From NCBI RefSeq assembly GCF_035594765.1, contig NC_085841.1, forward strand, positions 338,777,402 through 338,841,401: a DNA stretch of 64,000 bases, in the 5' to 3' direction. Shown here piece by piece: positions 13,006 to 27,440 of this stretch. Made by a program: the position numbers and the translations under genes. Every line of letters begins with the position of its first letter. Position 1 is the stretch's first letter. Origin of the DNA: Anolis carolinensis (taxonomy: Eukaryota). The notes below the pieces were generated by a model that saw nothing but the letters and a program-made list of their open reading frames with translations, ran no database searches and was not told the DNA's origin.

Positions 13006-13768
13006 TGCCTTTTGATGAAAAAGGCATCAAATATTTGGGCTTCCATTATCTTCAGTGATATCGCCTGAAACAGCATCCAGTGCCAGAGACTTCCTAGGAT
13101 CTCAGCATAACATTTAAAGGATAGTGTTAGGGTCAAGACTGATATTGTCATCTAAATGAAGACTGCAATGTTTCAATATAGTGGACCTGTAAATTCAAAC
13201 AGTGTCTCTTTTTTCAAACATGGCTGGATCACAGAGTTTTTGTACTGGAAGGTGTCGTATTGTGGAAAGGCCATATCTCTCAGCATTAATATGCTTCACA
13301 ACAGGTTGTTACAATCTTTCATTGGTGATTCCTGATGTATTATTTCTATATATTGTGCTAAACCAGTGTGCTTTTTTGATATTTTGCATGTTGCATCTGG
13401 AAAACTGGAGGAATTGCAGTTGATCATTTGTTTAATGTAATAGATTTTACCAACATTGCAGCTTTTAAATGTCATTTCATGCGCCTATGCACAATGGATG
13501 CAACACTTGGATGCAAAGCTATGTGATCCAGGATTTTCAGCTAATGTTTTGTTTTCAACTCTCACTAGCAGTTCCTTCAAAGTAGGTGGCTGACAGAAAT
13601 CAACAACAGAAGTTTTATTAATAGCTTCAGAATTAGCTGTCACGAGTTAACTTTCTTTGATTGCCAAGTGATAATTTGGTAATGATGGCTGGAAATCAAC
13701 CGCAAAAGGCACCCAACTGTCACAATTTTTACTGCTGTTTTAACATGGAAGGCCAAGTCTAGTAAGTA

Positions 13769-14091
13769 CAGTAGAGTCTCACTTATCCAAGCTAAACGGG
13801 CCGGCAGAAGCTTGGATAAGCAAATATCTTGGATAATAAGGAGGGATTAAGGAAAAGCCTATTAAACATCAAATTAGGTTATGATTTTACAAATTAAGCA
13901 CCAAAACACCATGTTTTACAACAAATCTGACAGAAAAAGCAGTTCAATATGCAGTAATGTTATGTTGTAATTACTGTATTTACGAATTTAGCACCAAAAT
14001 ATCACAATATATTGAAAACATTGACTACAAAAATGGCTTGGATAATCCAGAAACTTGGATAAGCGAAGCTTGGATAAGTGAGACTCTACTG
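13769..14091. mobile_element. Tc1/mariner MITE family A, copy 2
   Basis: TA TSD; perfect TIR CAGTAGAGTCTCACTTATCCAAG. Confidence 0.92.
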
Positions 14092-14395
14092 TATACCAGT
14101 CTGGTGGATGTTGCAATCAGTGAAAAAAGGGATGTGCCCTCTTTGAAGCAGGTGGTGGCATTTTAGTTCCTGGATTCTTTCTTGGTAGATAGCACTGTAG
14201 CCATATATGCATTTAACCCTGCATGCCAGAACATAGATGGTTTGCATCCTGTACAGCATTTCCAATGTAGTGTGATAATCTCTTTTGTTGCTGTTGTTTG
14301 CAAAATATCCCAAAATTTATCTGCCATTAATCTGTGTTGTAAAAATGTCACCCACATATCTCCACTATCCAAGTGGTTTAGATTTCTATTCACTA

Positions 14396-14473
14396 AGGCC
14401 GACAGGGAGCTCTGGCTTGGGCTGGTCCATGAGGTCATGAAGAGTTGGAAGCAACTGAATGAATAAACAACAC
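14396..14473 (+). mobile_element. RTE/Bov-B LINE 3' terminus
   Basis: gacagggagctctgg..gctggtccatgaggtca(t)gaagagttggaagcaactgaatgaataaacaac is a typical Bov-B-type 3' end. Confidence 0.75.
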
Positions 14474-14484
14474 CACCAGTAAAT

Positions 14485-14551
14485 AGACGGCCAATTCTCT
14501 CACACCAGAAGTGACTTGCAGTTTCTCAAGTCACTCCTGACATGAAAAAAA
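14485..14551 (+). mobile_element. SINE 3' fragment (same family as 42966-43238)
   Basis: gacggccaattctctcacaccagaagtgacttgcagtttctcaagtcactcctgaca followed by an A tail. Confidence 0.8.
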
Positions 14552-15424
14552 TCATCATATGATGGAGCACCACATGTACTCAATATTGTGCAATTTACTT
14601 TAAGGTAATGGTCTATCTCTGTGTACAATATCACCTGTCTACCCGCAGAAGCAGTACCCATGTTTTCATCTACTCACATCTGACAAAATATGTACTCTCT
14701 AGAAATGTTCTAGGGTAGGCCCTCCAAGCAATTCTGTGGTATGTCTCTGACAAAAGTTACCATAGAGTCTTACTTGAAGAGCTAAAAAACTAACAAGACT
14801 CTCTGCTAACTTCTGGTGGAAGTTGTTCGTTTTGACAAGGTTCATGAATATCCACAGTTATCTGTTTTCAAGAATGCATCCCTCATGGATATAAGGGTCA
14901 GATTGTAGAATAAAAATATAATGCATTTGTAAAGTATCATAAAATATTTATTGAAAAACTGTTGCCTCTTGATGGGAGTGGGAAGACTTGATATGGTGAA
15001 CCCCTTTTTAGATTGTCATTTGTGAACAACATATTTATCCAATGTCACTGAAGAACATAATTCTTATCTTGGCTTGAACATAGGAGATGGAACATTTTTA
15101 TTTAGATCAGTTTCAGTACAGTATATTGATATCTATTTCCACATGGTCTCTTCCAACTCTGTGATTCTATGACTCAATCAAGGAAGCCATGGTCCTGAAT
15201 CTGCAAGACGTGAACAAAGCAGTTGATGAAGGATGACTTGAAAGTCTCTCTTTCATTGAATCGCCATAAGTCAAAGTTGATTAGGCATCAGTTTAAGGCA
15301 ACAACAACAACAACAATCTGAAAACACTTTCTGAAAATGTTTGGGGTAAATATTTATAATTATGCTATTACTCCAACATATGGAAAGGTGTTTTGGATCA
15401 ATGCTGATAAATTTCAGTAGGTAG

Positions 15425-15459
<35 letters not shown>

Positions 15460-16467
15460 AAAAGAGAACAACTTTACAAAGTGAATTTCAAGATAAAAAT
15501 ATTCTGTGAACTTGATACTAAGAGCAAAAACTAAGTGAAATGTTTTAACTGTTTCAGCTGTTTTGGGCACTGATGTAAGATCCATAAAAATAGCATGTAG
15601 GTAAATAAACACAATCCAATAATGGGAACCATTCTACAACCAAACAGTGTAAATGATTTTGCTGGTTTGGTGCCTGAGGTAATAGCCACAGAAAATTTAT
15701 GATCGTGCCTTTCTATTTGGAATCTGAATACTTCATGCTACTCTATTTAAAAAGATGTATGTTAGCTAGATTACTTTTCACCAGGCAGTAAAAATATTTA
15801 TTTCCTATTCAGGTGATTATTCTCTTCTTTCACTTATTCAAATGTTCCTTTTAGTAACAGCTGTAGTGTGCTACAGGTGTTAGTACATTGGATTCGCAAT
15901 GGAGAGATCACAACTCAAATCTCACATAAACTCAGCCATAAACTTAATTGGATTGCCTCATGTCAGTCATTCTCTAGATTACAAAACATTCACTAGATTA
16001 CAAACTATATCACACTTCAATTCAGGGGATAAATTACTGGTCCCTATATCAGTTAATGCTCTCAAATGAAACCTCTGAATTACTGACAGTCTTCAATAGA
16101 GGACAGGGAAGACTGCAGGTTGGGGGGAAAATGAAGAGGCCTACTCAGCCTGAGAAACTGGCACTCCATACCAATTGAAAACTGAATGGTAGCACCATAT
16201 ATGGTTATTCATGCATTAGCCAACCTCATGTGTAAGTTGAGGACAGGTCTTAAGACCAAAATTATAGATTCATTGAGGGTCATTCCATGGAGAGGGGAAA
16301 GCACCAAAGAGCCAGTCATCCCTGGCTGCCATCATCATTTCCCAGGTATTTAACAAGTCCTGAAGCGCACCATGGCAGAGAAAGTAGAAGAGGTTCGTGC
16401 TTCTTTTACGTTCTCTTTGGACAGACTGAGATCTTGCTTTTCACCACTCTACACAAATATGTCAACC

Positions 16468-17137
16468 TGTCGCACCTCAGGTTAGCTTCACCTTGCTATA
16501 TACACCAAACTGCACACATGTTGAAGTCTTTTCAGTTTATTAGAAATTAGAAGATAAAAAGTTATTTAAAAGCAAAAGTGAAGTTCCAAAAGAACATTGC
16601 AAAATACCGTCTTAGAGAATAATTCCAGAAATCACAAGGAATAAACAAAGTCCCAATAGAGCATGACAAAGTCCCAAGAACATGAACACATAGGCTGCAA
16701 GATAATCCAGGAAAATGAGAACTTGCTTCTTGGTAGAACGAAAGTTGCTTTGACAAAGGTTTATCTCCAAACACATTGCTTTAATACCCTTTGCAAAAAT
16801 GAAAGCATTTCTTTGGCCTCTGACCTCCTTCTTGTTTGCTAGTCTCACACTCCTCCGAACCCTGAATTCCAAACGGTCAGCTCGATCCAAGGATCCTGTT
16901 TCATCAAGGTCAGCCTGCTCGTTAGTGTCAGCCAGCCTGCTATCAGACTGAGAACTATCCTCCTTTTCTAAGTCAATTTGCACCTGGCTAGTTTCAGTAT
17001 CATTAACATCATTCCCTGCTGTGGGAAAAACTCTCTGTTCCTCATCTTCTACAACAGGGACATTCTGAACCTGATTTTGAACCTGAATCCCATAATCCCC
17101 ATCAGAGTCACCCTGAGGTTCCAGCTGAGTCACAACA
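16468..17137 (-). mobile_element. Solo LTR 1 (670 bp)
   Basis: TG...CA termini, perfect 5-bp TSD CAACC (16463-16467, 17138-17142), minus-strand AATAAA at 16536-16541, TATA-like ggtattaaa near 16785. Confidence 0.88.
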
Positions 17138-19088
17138 CAACCCAGGATTTGGGGGTCAATTTCTTTTACTAAAATAGACGTATACATGAGTAATATGGAG
17201 CCCAGCTCAGGAAATAAAATAATCTAATATCTAAACTACTACACATTTCCCCCCTCTTTTTCAAAATCCAGACTTTTACTTCTTGTGTAAAGATTGTATA
17301 CACTAGTTTAAAAAGCTTGGAGTCACATACAATGGGAGGTTGCCATCTTCATGATGTCTGGTGAGCATTTTGGTTAGGAGGGGTTTTTTTGTGCTGTTTA
17401 AACCTATTCTACCCACTTTAAACTGACTTTGTCCCATGGCTTCAGGGTAAACTGAACATCTAGATTAGACCTGACTCAGCCCAGTCCTCTGTTCTGACTG
17501 GACTCGAGACTGGCATCATCACACTTTTTCTGCACTGATGAGTGCAGAGAGAGAGGAAGGATTATGCCCATATTGCCACTGTCACTTTTAGATTGTGAAT
17601 TCCTGGCCATTGCCGAAATCAGAATGGGAAGCCTGCATCATCAGCATTTTAACATTGGTCTGGACTACTCTTGAGAACTATAAAACTAGAGTTCTGTACT
17701 ACATGTCGCAGGATTCCTCAAGATGGAACTAAGACTAAGTAATATTGAACTGCTATAACTGTGTAATGTTGAACCACTCAAAGTCAATTAAATCTGTCAG
17801 ATTGTTTGCCTTGCTTTTGTCCTTGGGGCACCCTTCAGGCAACATCAGAATGAAATTTATGTTAAGTGAAGACACAGTGGGAAAGTCACAGACATACTTG
17901 GAAATGTTTCACCTTGTTTGCATATCACATTTTCTTCATCTTCTGTTTTCTTTACCTTTCTAAGCCATGCTGTTTTTAAGATTAAAACACTATTTTTTCC
18001 TGCACTTCAGCATTCAGCCCATGGAGCCTCTATCTCAAGTCAATTTGTTTGTGAGAATGATAGAATATCCTAAAGACTGAAAAAATGAAAGGATAAAGGC
18101 ATGCTTTCATGTACAATGCAAAATATTTTAGATGCTAGCAAGTGGCTGCTGTATTGTGTAGGAAAATCCAACTTAAAATCACCATCTGGAAAATATTTGA
18201 CAGTTTTGTAGTGTAACCCACCTCAGGGATTTCTTGTGAAATGAAAACTAGACTTGAAATTAGGAGTACAAATTTCACCTGGTTCTTTGATGCACACCAT
18301 AGAAAAATTGCAGAGGTCTGTCTTAGGGAGAATTTGCCTTCAACCTGTTATTGTAAATATCTGGAAATTTCCACATTTTTTAACCTTGATAGTTGCTTCC
18401 TTGCTGCATATAGAACTGCTGCATGTGGAAAAACAAAAATGATGAATGGGATCTTTATGTCATTGGGGCATTCAGCCTGTCCTTTTTTGCTTGTTCTCTC
18501 TGTGTATGCGTTTATCTTTACAAAGGGGAAAAGAAGCTAAAGAAATATTTGTACAAGGCATGATGAGGGAGGAAAATGTTGTCCTAGTTTCATGTTGGTA
18601 ATGGTCTTATGGGAGGTTGAGAATCCTTGACAGACCATCCCACCATTTCAAGACCATTTCAAAACTATAAATGAGATATTGGTGAAAATTTTTCAGAGCC
18701 TTTTTTGTTGGAATCTGCACTGGCAGCTGAATCTGCCCTGATATCCTTTTCTCAGGGACAAAACAATAAGAAATCTAGATGCCTGTTCTCTCCCTCATAT
18801 CCTAGGGAAGGACAATTAGAATAATACATTTTATATCCTATCTCAAATACAACCCCCCTCCAATGCTTCAACTTTGAAGATTTCCTCTGTCTACACAAGT
18901 CTGATCATTAAACAGAGTTAAGCAATTGCTTCAAATGGCAAATTATCAAGTGCAGTTGATGTCCAGCTGCATCTCTTCAGACCTGTCCTGCTCTAGCATC
19001 CTCCTTTCCCACATCAGATCAGCCTACTGGTTGCACAGATTCCAGAGATTGGGCAATTTTGTTTTGGATGTCTGAACATCCAAAACAA

Positions 19089-19580
19089 AGAAGCAGGAAA
19101 TCACATTCAAAGCACCCCTGACAGATGGCCATTTGGCCTCTTCTTAAAAGCCTCCAAAGAAGGAGCCTCCACCACACTCCGGGGCAGAGAGTTCCACTGC
19201 CGAACAGCCCTCACAGTGAGGAAATTCTTCCTGATGTTCAGGTGGAATCTCCTTTCCTGCAGTTTAAAGCCATTGTTCCATGTCCTAGTTTCCAGGGCAA
19301 CAGAAAACTAGCTTGCTCCCTCCTCCCTATGACTTCCCCTCACATATTTATACATGTCTATCATGTCTCCTCTCAACCTTCTCTTCTGCAGATTAAACGT
19401 GTCCAGCTCTTCAAGCTGCTCCTCATAGGGCTTGTTCTCCAGACCCTTGATCGTTTTAGTTGCTCTCCTCTGGACACATTCCACCTTGTTAACATCTCAA
19501 AATTGGACACAGTATTCCAGGTGTGGTCTGACCAAGGCAGAATAGAGGGGTAGCATGACTTCCCTGGATCTAGACACTAT
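19089..19580 (-). mobile_element. CR1 3' fragment with an internal deletion
   Basis: Reverse-complement homologue of about 8560-9065 ([32 protein letters not shown]). Confidence 0.92.
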
Positions 19581-22494
19581 AGAGTCATTACCAATGCCCA
19601 GAGAGTGACAGAGAGAGGTCATAGTCACATCTGCCCTTTGCACACAGACCAAAAACCTGAGCTCAGGAAACATAAACTTTGCACTCATCAGTTTAAGCAT
19701 ATGATATTTTTAACTCTACACAATATACAATAACATCATGTTTTGGCCCACCAAGAACTGTCCCCTTCAATTCAGGAGACAGCCCCCAAAGTTATGAACA
19801 GGTTAAAAATAGGCAAAGGAGCAAAGCAAGAGAGAGCCTCCAGTGAGTCTCCAGTGAAATAGAGAGAGTGTGCCAAAAGGCCTGTCAGAGAAAGAGAGTG
19901 TGTACATGTCTCCAGAGGATCTTCTTCACATCACCTCCTGGTCAAGAACCTGCTTCAGTGCTTTCTCAGTTGATAACTTGAAGGCACACAACAACAATGC
20001 AGAAGGGAGAATTTAATGAACACCTAGGGGACACCATTTAGTGAACAAAGATTCTCTGTGTGGATTACTTTTATGAAGCAACTCAGACGATGGACTTGAG
20101 GTCATTGTTGGGATTGGTCTTGATTGCAACACCCCCTCCCCTTAAACAACATGGCTTGAGGTGTGTTATGGTCTTCCCATGAAGTTTATCCAGCCAGTTT
20201 CACGTTGTAACAATACAAATAGGTATCAGGGCTGGGAATTCTCTCTCCTATCCAAAAATTGTTGGGCCTCTCTCTCTATCCCAAATTTTAAAAAAGTTCA
20301 ACAGCATTGTTCGATTCAGAATTTAAAAGATAAGTAAGTTGCCCTGGTCTTGTTGACCTGTTTCTTATTATCAGGGAGAGGAGGGGTCACATCCTATGCA
20401 GTCCAAGGCAAAATACATATAACTCTACAGCATATTATTTCCATATTTCTATTTCCTTTCCTTTGCGCTGTTATTTCCCCCTGTTGGATAATATATTGCA
20501 TTCCTCTTGCACTCTGTAATGACAGTGCATATTTGCACATTATTACTGTCACCATCAACTTCAACATCATCACCATCAAATAACTCCACAGTTATAAAGC
20601 TCCATTAAAGTCTCTAATAATATGTCTTCCAAAGGAGAGAGATTTCATGTTTATGACTCAGGACAATATCAAAAACCACCCAGAGTAGCAGCGATGCAGA
20701 AAATGAAATATTTAGAAGGCACTTTGGTGCTGTCAGAATTGAACATTGTGGCTTGCTGAAGATGGATTTAACAATTTCAGAATCAAAGTCCAGCTTTTAG
20801 CACTCAAGCATTTAATCAGGTTGCAATTTTGTTGTTATCACCATTTTACTATTCAACCAGAGTGATAACACAGTCTTAGAGGCTGTTATTTAAGTCCTAG
20901 GGGAAAATCACAGTTAAAGGATATAAGACATTGTCCAAGGTGACAGCTTTTATTGATGCTCCCTATAGAAGCAGGTCAACTTGGAGGGGTTCCCTCTAAA
21001 AATAAATCGGTAGATGTTATTCATGTCTTTTAAATGCTCATTTGATTTTATTCCTCATATGCTTGAAAGAGATTATTATATCTTTTTTTAAAAAAGGAAA
21101 GAGGGAATAATTAAAATATCTCTGTTAGTTTAGCAAAGAGCATTTTAACCAGAGCACAGTCCATCTGCCATATGAACACGTACTGTGCATTATGTTTGTA
21201 AAACAGTATATTTTGTCTTCTTCAAATATTTACAAACCACTCTCTATTTCTCAGCCAATCCCATCTTCTCTCTCAGCACCATGAAGAGATTACAAAAGAT
21301 TAGAAAAGCCTAGACTCACAACATATGATCCTCCAATGTGTTGCTGGACTACAGCTCCCATCATGCTTCACCAGTGGCTATGTGGTCTAGGTTTTTGAGA
21401 GCTGCAGTATCAAAATATCTGTGGCATCACAAGTTGACCACTTGTAGCCCAAATCTCTCATTAATGTAGGACCATGCTTCTCAGTGGCAGTGCATTGCCA
21501 AGTGAAAATCAAAATATTATGGAAATGTTGATTGTGAACAAATGTAAGGCTTTGCTGAATAATACTGAAGAAACTGCTGAAAACCCAGAAAAGATGACAA
21601 ATCTGACAATGGAAGAAGTTCAGAAATGATTCACCATTTCTGTACACCACCATATATATCACACCAGGTCACAGATGGAAAAAGAAGTAGATGGGCAGAT
21701 AAGTAGATGATGCAATACACAGAAGCATCTAGAGGAAAAACTGAAGATAGAACGGAAGGAGGTTGCTCTTCATATATGGCAGACTATAGCTGGGATCTTG
21801 GTGAAATTCATATAATAACTCTGGTTTACAGCTCTTGAAAATACACTGCAGCAAGCCAGAGAGCAGTCTCATTTCTCTTCTCCTGGCTGCAAAACTTTGT
21901 CACTATTCCATCTTTCAATAGTAAACAACCATGGCATCATCCCTGGGATTTAGATGCTGCCTTTAGGGGACAAGAGCGATGCAAAACCACATATATGAAG
22001 CACTGCACTCTCTTCACTCTGATACAGACTTCGGGTTTTTATCTTCTGCTTCCATTACCATTCTATTACCTTTTTGCAAAGACTTCAAGGGATGCGAAGT
22101 TGAACATCTCCCATGGCATTTATAATTGCAGAAGATCTAACGTCAGCCAGAAGAAATTTTCATTTTTTTAAAATAGTGACCTTTTCAAAAGTTTGCATGT
22201 CTCAAAAATAATAAAGAGAAGGTTGCATAAATATGGGGAAAATACTGAAAAGTTACTAGAACCCATTTATTTTATTACATTTTTAATTTAACTAGCTCCA
22301 CTACATATAATGGTCACATCTGCCTTATGATTATGTATTGGCCTCACATGACTTTATTGCACAAGGAGGAAAACTGGCATTGAAGCAGTCTCTATAGCAC
22401 AGCGCTATGTGCATCCTATTGCCAGTCTGCTTCATAACCATGATAAACCCATCCCTCACTATTGACTAGATTTTAAGTTGTAGTTTCATTTTTA

Positions 22495-23035
22495 ACATCT
22501 TAGACTATCTGGCTAATCTCATTTTCTTGTATAAGCCTGCCTGGGCACTTCGATCAGCAGGGAAGGCCTGCTCTTGGTCCCACCCCATCTCAAGCACGGC
22601 TGGTGGAAATGAGAGAGGGGGTCTTCTCCATGGTCACCCCCGCCACTGGAACTCCCTGCCTAAGGATATCAAAATGGTTTCCTCCTTACTCTTTTTTTAA
22701 ATATAGCTAAAACCCTTTTTAGGCTCTCAGGCATGTAAAGAGGAGGATGTATAGAACTTTGAGCACAGAAATTATGCAACTGAAATGGCTTGATATTCTG
22801 ACTAGGTTGGCTTTTAAATTTTATATTGTTAATAGTTTTAATCATGATGTTTTTAATGTTTAAATGTGGAAATTTATTTTTTGTAATGTTATTGTCTAAT
22901 TTTCATGGTAATGTCTTTATCACTGTGGCATTGCATGTTTGTTGTTGCTTGTTGGAAACCGCCCTGAGTCCCCACAGAGGATAGGCTGGGATATAAATAA
23001 AATTGTTGTTATTATTATGAATATTATTATTACTA
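22495..23035 (+). mobile_element. L2 LINE 3' end
   Basis: tggaactccctgcc ORF end, T-rich UTR, and a ccgccctgagtcccc..gggatataaataaa(tta)n tail. Confidence 0.8.
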
Positions 23036-23129
23036 TCTTTATACTTCCTACAATTGCAAAATTGCTTTACAAGTTATTTTTTAAAATTATGGAGCAGCAG
23101 ATGTGTAAGAGGGAGGGGTTACAAAGTTA

Positions 23130-23330
23130 TATTGAGAAGTGATTGAGAAGGCAGTTGCCCTCCAATTCCAGACAATCTTGGATGACACACGCTTCCATGA
23201 CCAATTTCAAACTGGCTTCAGAGCAGGATATGGGGTTGGGACTGCTATGGTCACCTTAGTGAATGACCTCTGTCTCAACACTGACAAGGGGGTTGAGTCT
23301 CTGTTGGTGCTTCTAGATCTCTCAGCTGCC
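23130..23330 (+). mobile_element. L2 RT fragment
   Basis: EKAVALQ..DQFQTGFRAGYGVGTAMVTLVNDL..LLVLLDLSAA. Confidence 0.8.
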
Positions 23331-24184
23331 AATCATCTCAATAATTTCATTTTAAAGGGAATTTATATGTTGCTGAGGACAGAAATAGGTATCTCAGCAA
23401 GAATTTGCCTTTAAAAAGCCATTTAGTACATTGAAAATACCAGTCTCTTCCTAGTTGCTTTGATACAAACCCATTTCCACATTTCAGATATTTTTTTAAA
23501 AGTCAGTTTCACTAAATCTGGTTTGAAATGTGCACTCAGATACCATGACAACCACATGTATTTCTTGGTATGCTTTAAATTTTTAGCAAAGGACAAAGAG
23601 AACCCATATTTGCATCCAAGAAATATTGGATTCTGGATGCTGTGAATGTACAATTCTCTCAAATCAAATGTATTTCTAGCATTCCTTGAGCCCATTACAT
23701 CAAGAATAGCTAAACCACTTGCTTTCTCCCTGAGGTTTTGTGCCCATGTAGAACCATATCAGAGGTACTTGTTACAGGTTCTAATCTGAAATATAAGGAA
23801 GCTACCCAAGGTAATGAATCTGTTCTATAAATAGGGCTTCTAAAGTTTGAAGCAAATCCCACAGCAGATGCACTGCCCACCAGCTATGGAGAAGATTCAA
23901 ATTCATGTTCATTTATAAGCCAGTTAATGACTCCCATAATCAAACCCTGAAGCCAGAATGAAATTGATCTAGATAATCCAGTTCAACCCTTGAGATTTCA
24001 GGTAAAGAGGAAGGAATTATTTGATGAGAAAGACAATTCCCTTCATAAGAAATAACATGTTATTTTCAAAAGCCACTGATATCTCCACCTTTAAAAATAA
24101 TGTGTTACAGAGCTTGAAACCTTACTACTTTGGACTATGATGCAGTGGTCATGATGTTTGGAAGCTGTGCTCTAAAAACAAATA

Positions 24185-24507
24185 CAGTAGAGTATCCAAC
24201 ATAAATGGGCCGGCAGAACACTGGATAAGCAAAAATGTTGGATAATAAGGAAGGATTAAGGAAAAGCCCATTAAACATCAAATTACACTATAATTTTACA
24301 AATTAAGCACCAAAACATCATTTTTTACAACAAAATGACACAAAAAAGCAGTTCAATAAACGGTAACATTATATAGTAATTACTGTATTTACTAATTTAG
24401 CACCAAAACATTGCAATGTATTGAAAATATTGACTACTAAAAGGCAGACTGGGTTGAATAATACAGAATGTTGGATAAGTGAAGGTTGAATGAGCAAGAT
24501 TCTACTG
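24185..24507. mobile_element. Tc1/mariner MITE family A, copy 3 (more diverged)
   Basis: TA-CAGTAGA...TCTACTG-TA, with the same internal sequence as the other copies. Confidence 0.85.
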
Positions 24508-24740
24508 TAAATAGGATCATAGTAAGGTCTCCACCTGAGAGTAAAGAGAGTCACAACTGGCTGGAGCAGAAAGTTTTAGTCATGAGAAAATGGGAATGGT
24601 GCATCTCAACCTGAAATGTTGGGCGTAGTTTCCCACCTCATCTTGGCCCAAAAACCATCCATGCCACTGGGCTATCTGAGGCAGTAATCTGCATCTTAAA
24701 TATTACTACATATTGATATTAAGCAATCAATATACATGTA

Positions 24741-25053
24741 CAGGCAGTTCTCGAGTTACAAATATTCAACTTACACATGACTCATAGTTAAGAACAGAGA
24801 TGAGAAAGCAGGAAGTGATAGAAACCTACCCCTTGGAATGGAAATTCACTCCTGAAAGAGTCATCATGGGAAAAGGTGTCTCAACTGAAGCTTCATCACC
24901 AACCCTTGTTTCACCAACCAAAATTTTTCAAAATTTTCACAGAGACACAAAGTGCAATGAAATCTTCTGAACAAGGGCACAGACAGCAAGCAAAACAAAG
25001 TGATATCCAGATATCCAGATATCTAAAGTGATAGAGACAGACATGGGGGGGGG

Positions 25054-25133
<80 letters not shown>

Positions 25134-25175
25134 TACATTTAGAATATATCTTGTTTGTAACCTGGAGACTGCCTG
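24741..25175. mobile_element. Tc1/mariner MITE family B containing a (GA)n microsatellite
   Basis: TA-CAGGCAGT..TTACAAA / TTTGTAA..ACTGCCTG-TA TIRs. Confidence 0.8.
25046..25130. repeat. poly-G plus (GA)n microsatellite
   Basis: Seen directly in the sequence. Confidence 0.95.
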
Positions 25176-27440
25176 TATAGGTCAGTGCAGGGGTGAAGGG
25201 CCTGTTGCCTTCAGATCTTATTGGTCTAAAACTCCCATTGCCTCTGAACTTGACTTTGGCATTTGAAGCTGATAGGAACTAGACTCCAAAAATATCTGGA
25301 GGGCCATGAGTTCATTGCCCTTGTTTTGTAGTTGAAACAAAACAAGAGTTAACCCAGAGAGACCAATTGGTTTGTCCCAAATAGAATAGACCTATTGAAT
25401 CAACTGTAAAGTGGTGATATTGCACTTGTGTACATTCTACTAATATAATGAGCATATACTATTTAGAATTAGCAATAGGAGTCAAGCCAGAAAGTTCTGT
25501 CAAGAGATGAACCCCATCCTTTTACACCTCTTTAAATTATATTCTCACTTGGGAAGTTCATTTTACAAGCTATGTCAATAGACACTGTTTTCTAAAGAAT
25601 TAGATGCAAATAACTGGGGGCTAGTATATTACATATTGTGCTCAACCCAAAAACCATGTTTTGTGTAAGGAAACTGACACAGCAGGAGTTGCATATTTAT
25701 TCTGATCTTCATAATTAGATTGATCTTGAGATCAAAAAAATATTCCCTTGGGAAAATCAGTCTAATTAAATTAAAGACATCACCATCTGTTGCAAATAAT
25801 TCATAAACGTCAGAAGGTAACATTTGTCAAGCAGTCTCTTCATTATAACTTTTTCATCTGCATCTATTACGCAAGAGATACTTGATATTTACTTCTACTC
25901 TCAGTTATATATATGATTTAAAGCCTTCTTTTACAGCTGTTGAGAATATTAGAATTATAATTGCTTCATTTTCAGTTGGACAAGATTAATTTTTAAAAAG
26001 GCACTTCAACATAGCTCTACCATTATATCCCAATAAATCTAACCCCTTAAAAAACCTCCTGCTTCACCATGTTTCACAATCAAATGTTTCCTATTTCCAC
26101 TACACAGAAAGATATTTTCTCTGTTTTATAGATCTGCCTCACTGAAAATGTCTGTATGCATTTATATCACCCCAATGATTTTTTTCTCTTCAGTCTCAAA
26201 ATTTCTAGCATTGCAAAGTCTGAGACCATGAAAATCACTTCCATATAGAACCCTTATATTGACTGTGTTTGCATTCTTTGCTATCATTGTCTGTCCGTTT
26301 TTCTTTGGATACCTAAAGTGTATTTCAAAATGCTCACCTGAAATTATAAGTTAATTAAATATTAGAATTTTGAGGGCTGAAAAAATTGCATTGAAGCAGA
26401 AATCTTTGTTCCATTCTACTGCTACTCTTCCACCTCTGTGAGTTTACCACTTATATTTCTTTCAAAGTCCTCCTTTGGGGATCATAACATTATTTAGTTG
26501 GGGATCATAACATCATTTAAAAAATAATAGTAGAAGATGTTATATGTAAGTGACTGAAAGTTTTTCAAGTATATGAAATCACTTGCACACTTTCAGTAAG
26601 GGTGCTTTTTCTTTGGTCTACATTTGATTCTCTTCATTTTTCTCTTTATTAAAAATATGTATACAGTGGCTGTGATCCTATTAGTCAGTTACAATACAGC
26701 CATGTCAGACTTAGGCCATCATAAATGCCTTATATTTCTAATTGCAATTGTGGTGTAACTGGTGAAAAATTCCCTGGAGAATAACTTCCCTAACACTGGT
26801 TGCAATGCCAGTAATAGTGCCCAGAACTGAACTAATTTTGCTTTTGAGAAGCGGCATATAATTTAGTTTAGAACTATATCCTATAGGATTATAGTGATAA
26901 AAATACCTTTTTGCTTTAGAAACAAAGTGCCTCCATGTTGTTACAAAATTCACATTTCTGTCCCGTCCCTTTTAGATGAAGTATCAGAGAAAAGGAATGG
27001 CTAAGGTTTGTGTTAACATACCAACAGCTTCATTTAGTTCTCACCTGCCTTTACACATACATTGATAGAAGGAATAGGATCACCTTACATTGCAACTTAA
27101 AGACTGAACCATTGTCCTCCGTTTTTTTTCTTTGATGACTCTAACTTTTCCTGTGAGAACTAAACTAACCTCAATCTATGCCTGCATTGTAATTGCCATT
27201 AACTTATTACAGTACAACAATATAAATTTGTGACAACCAATCAATAAATAAAATCTGATCAAAGTGGTTTTGAGGTAAGGGGAAACTCTTTGATCAAAGA
27301 CTGGGGTATAATTTTTCCATTGATTTGTGGGGGGGGGGGCAGCTGTTTATGCAACTGAAAATGGATTTCATGGCAAATCTGCCATTCCAAACTCTACCTC
27401 CTACAGTGACACTATTGTCAGGTCCACAAATTACCCTGAA

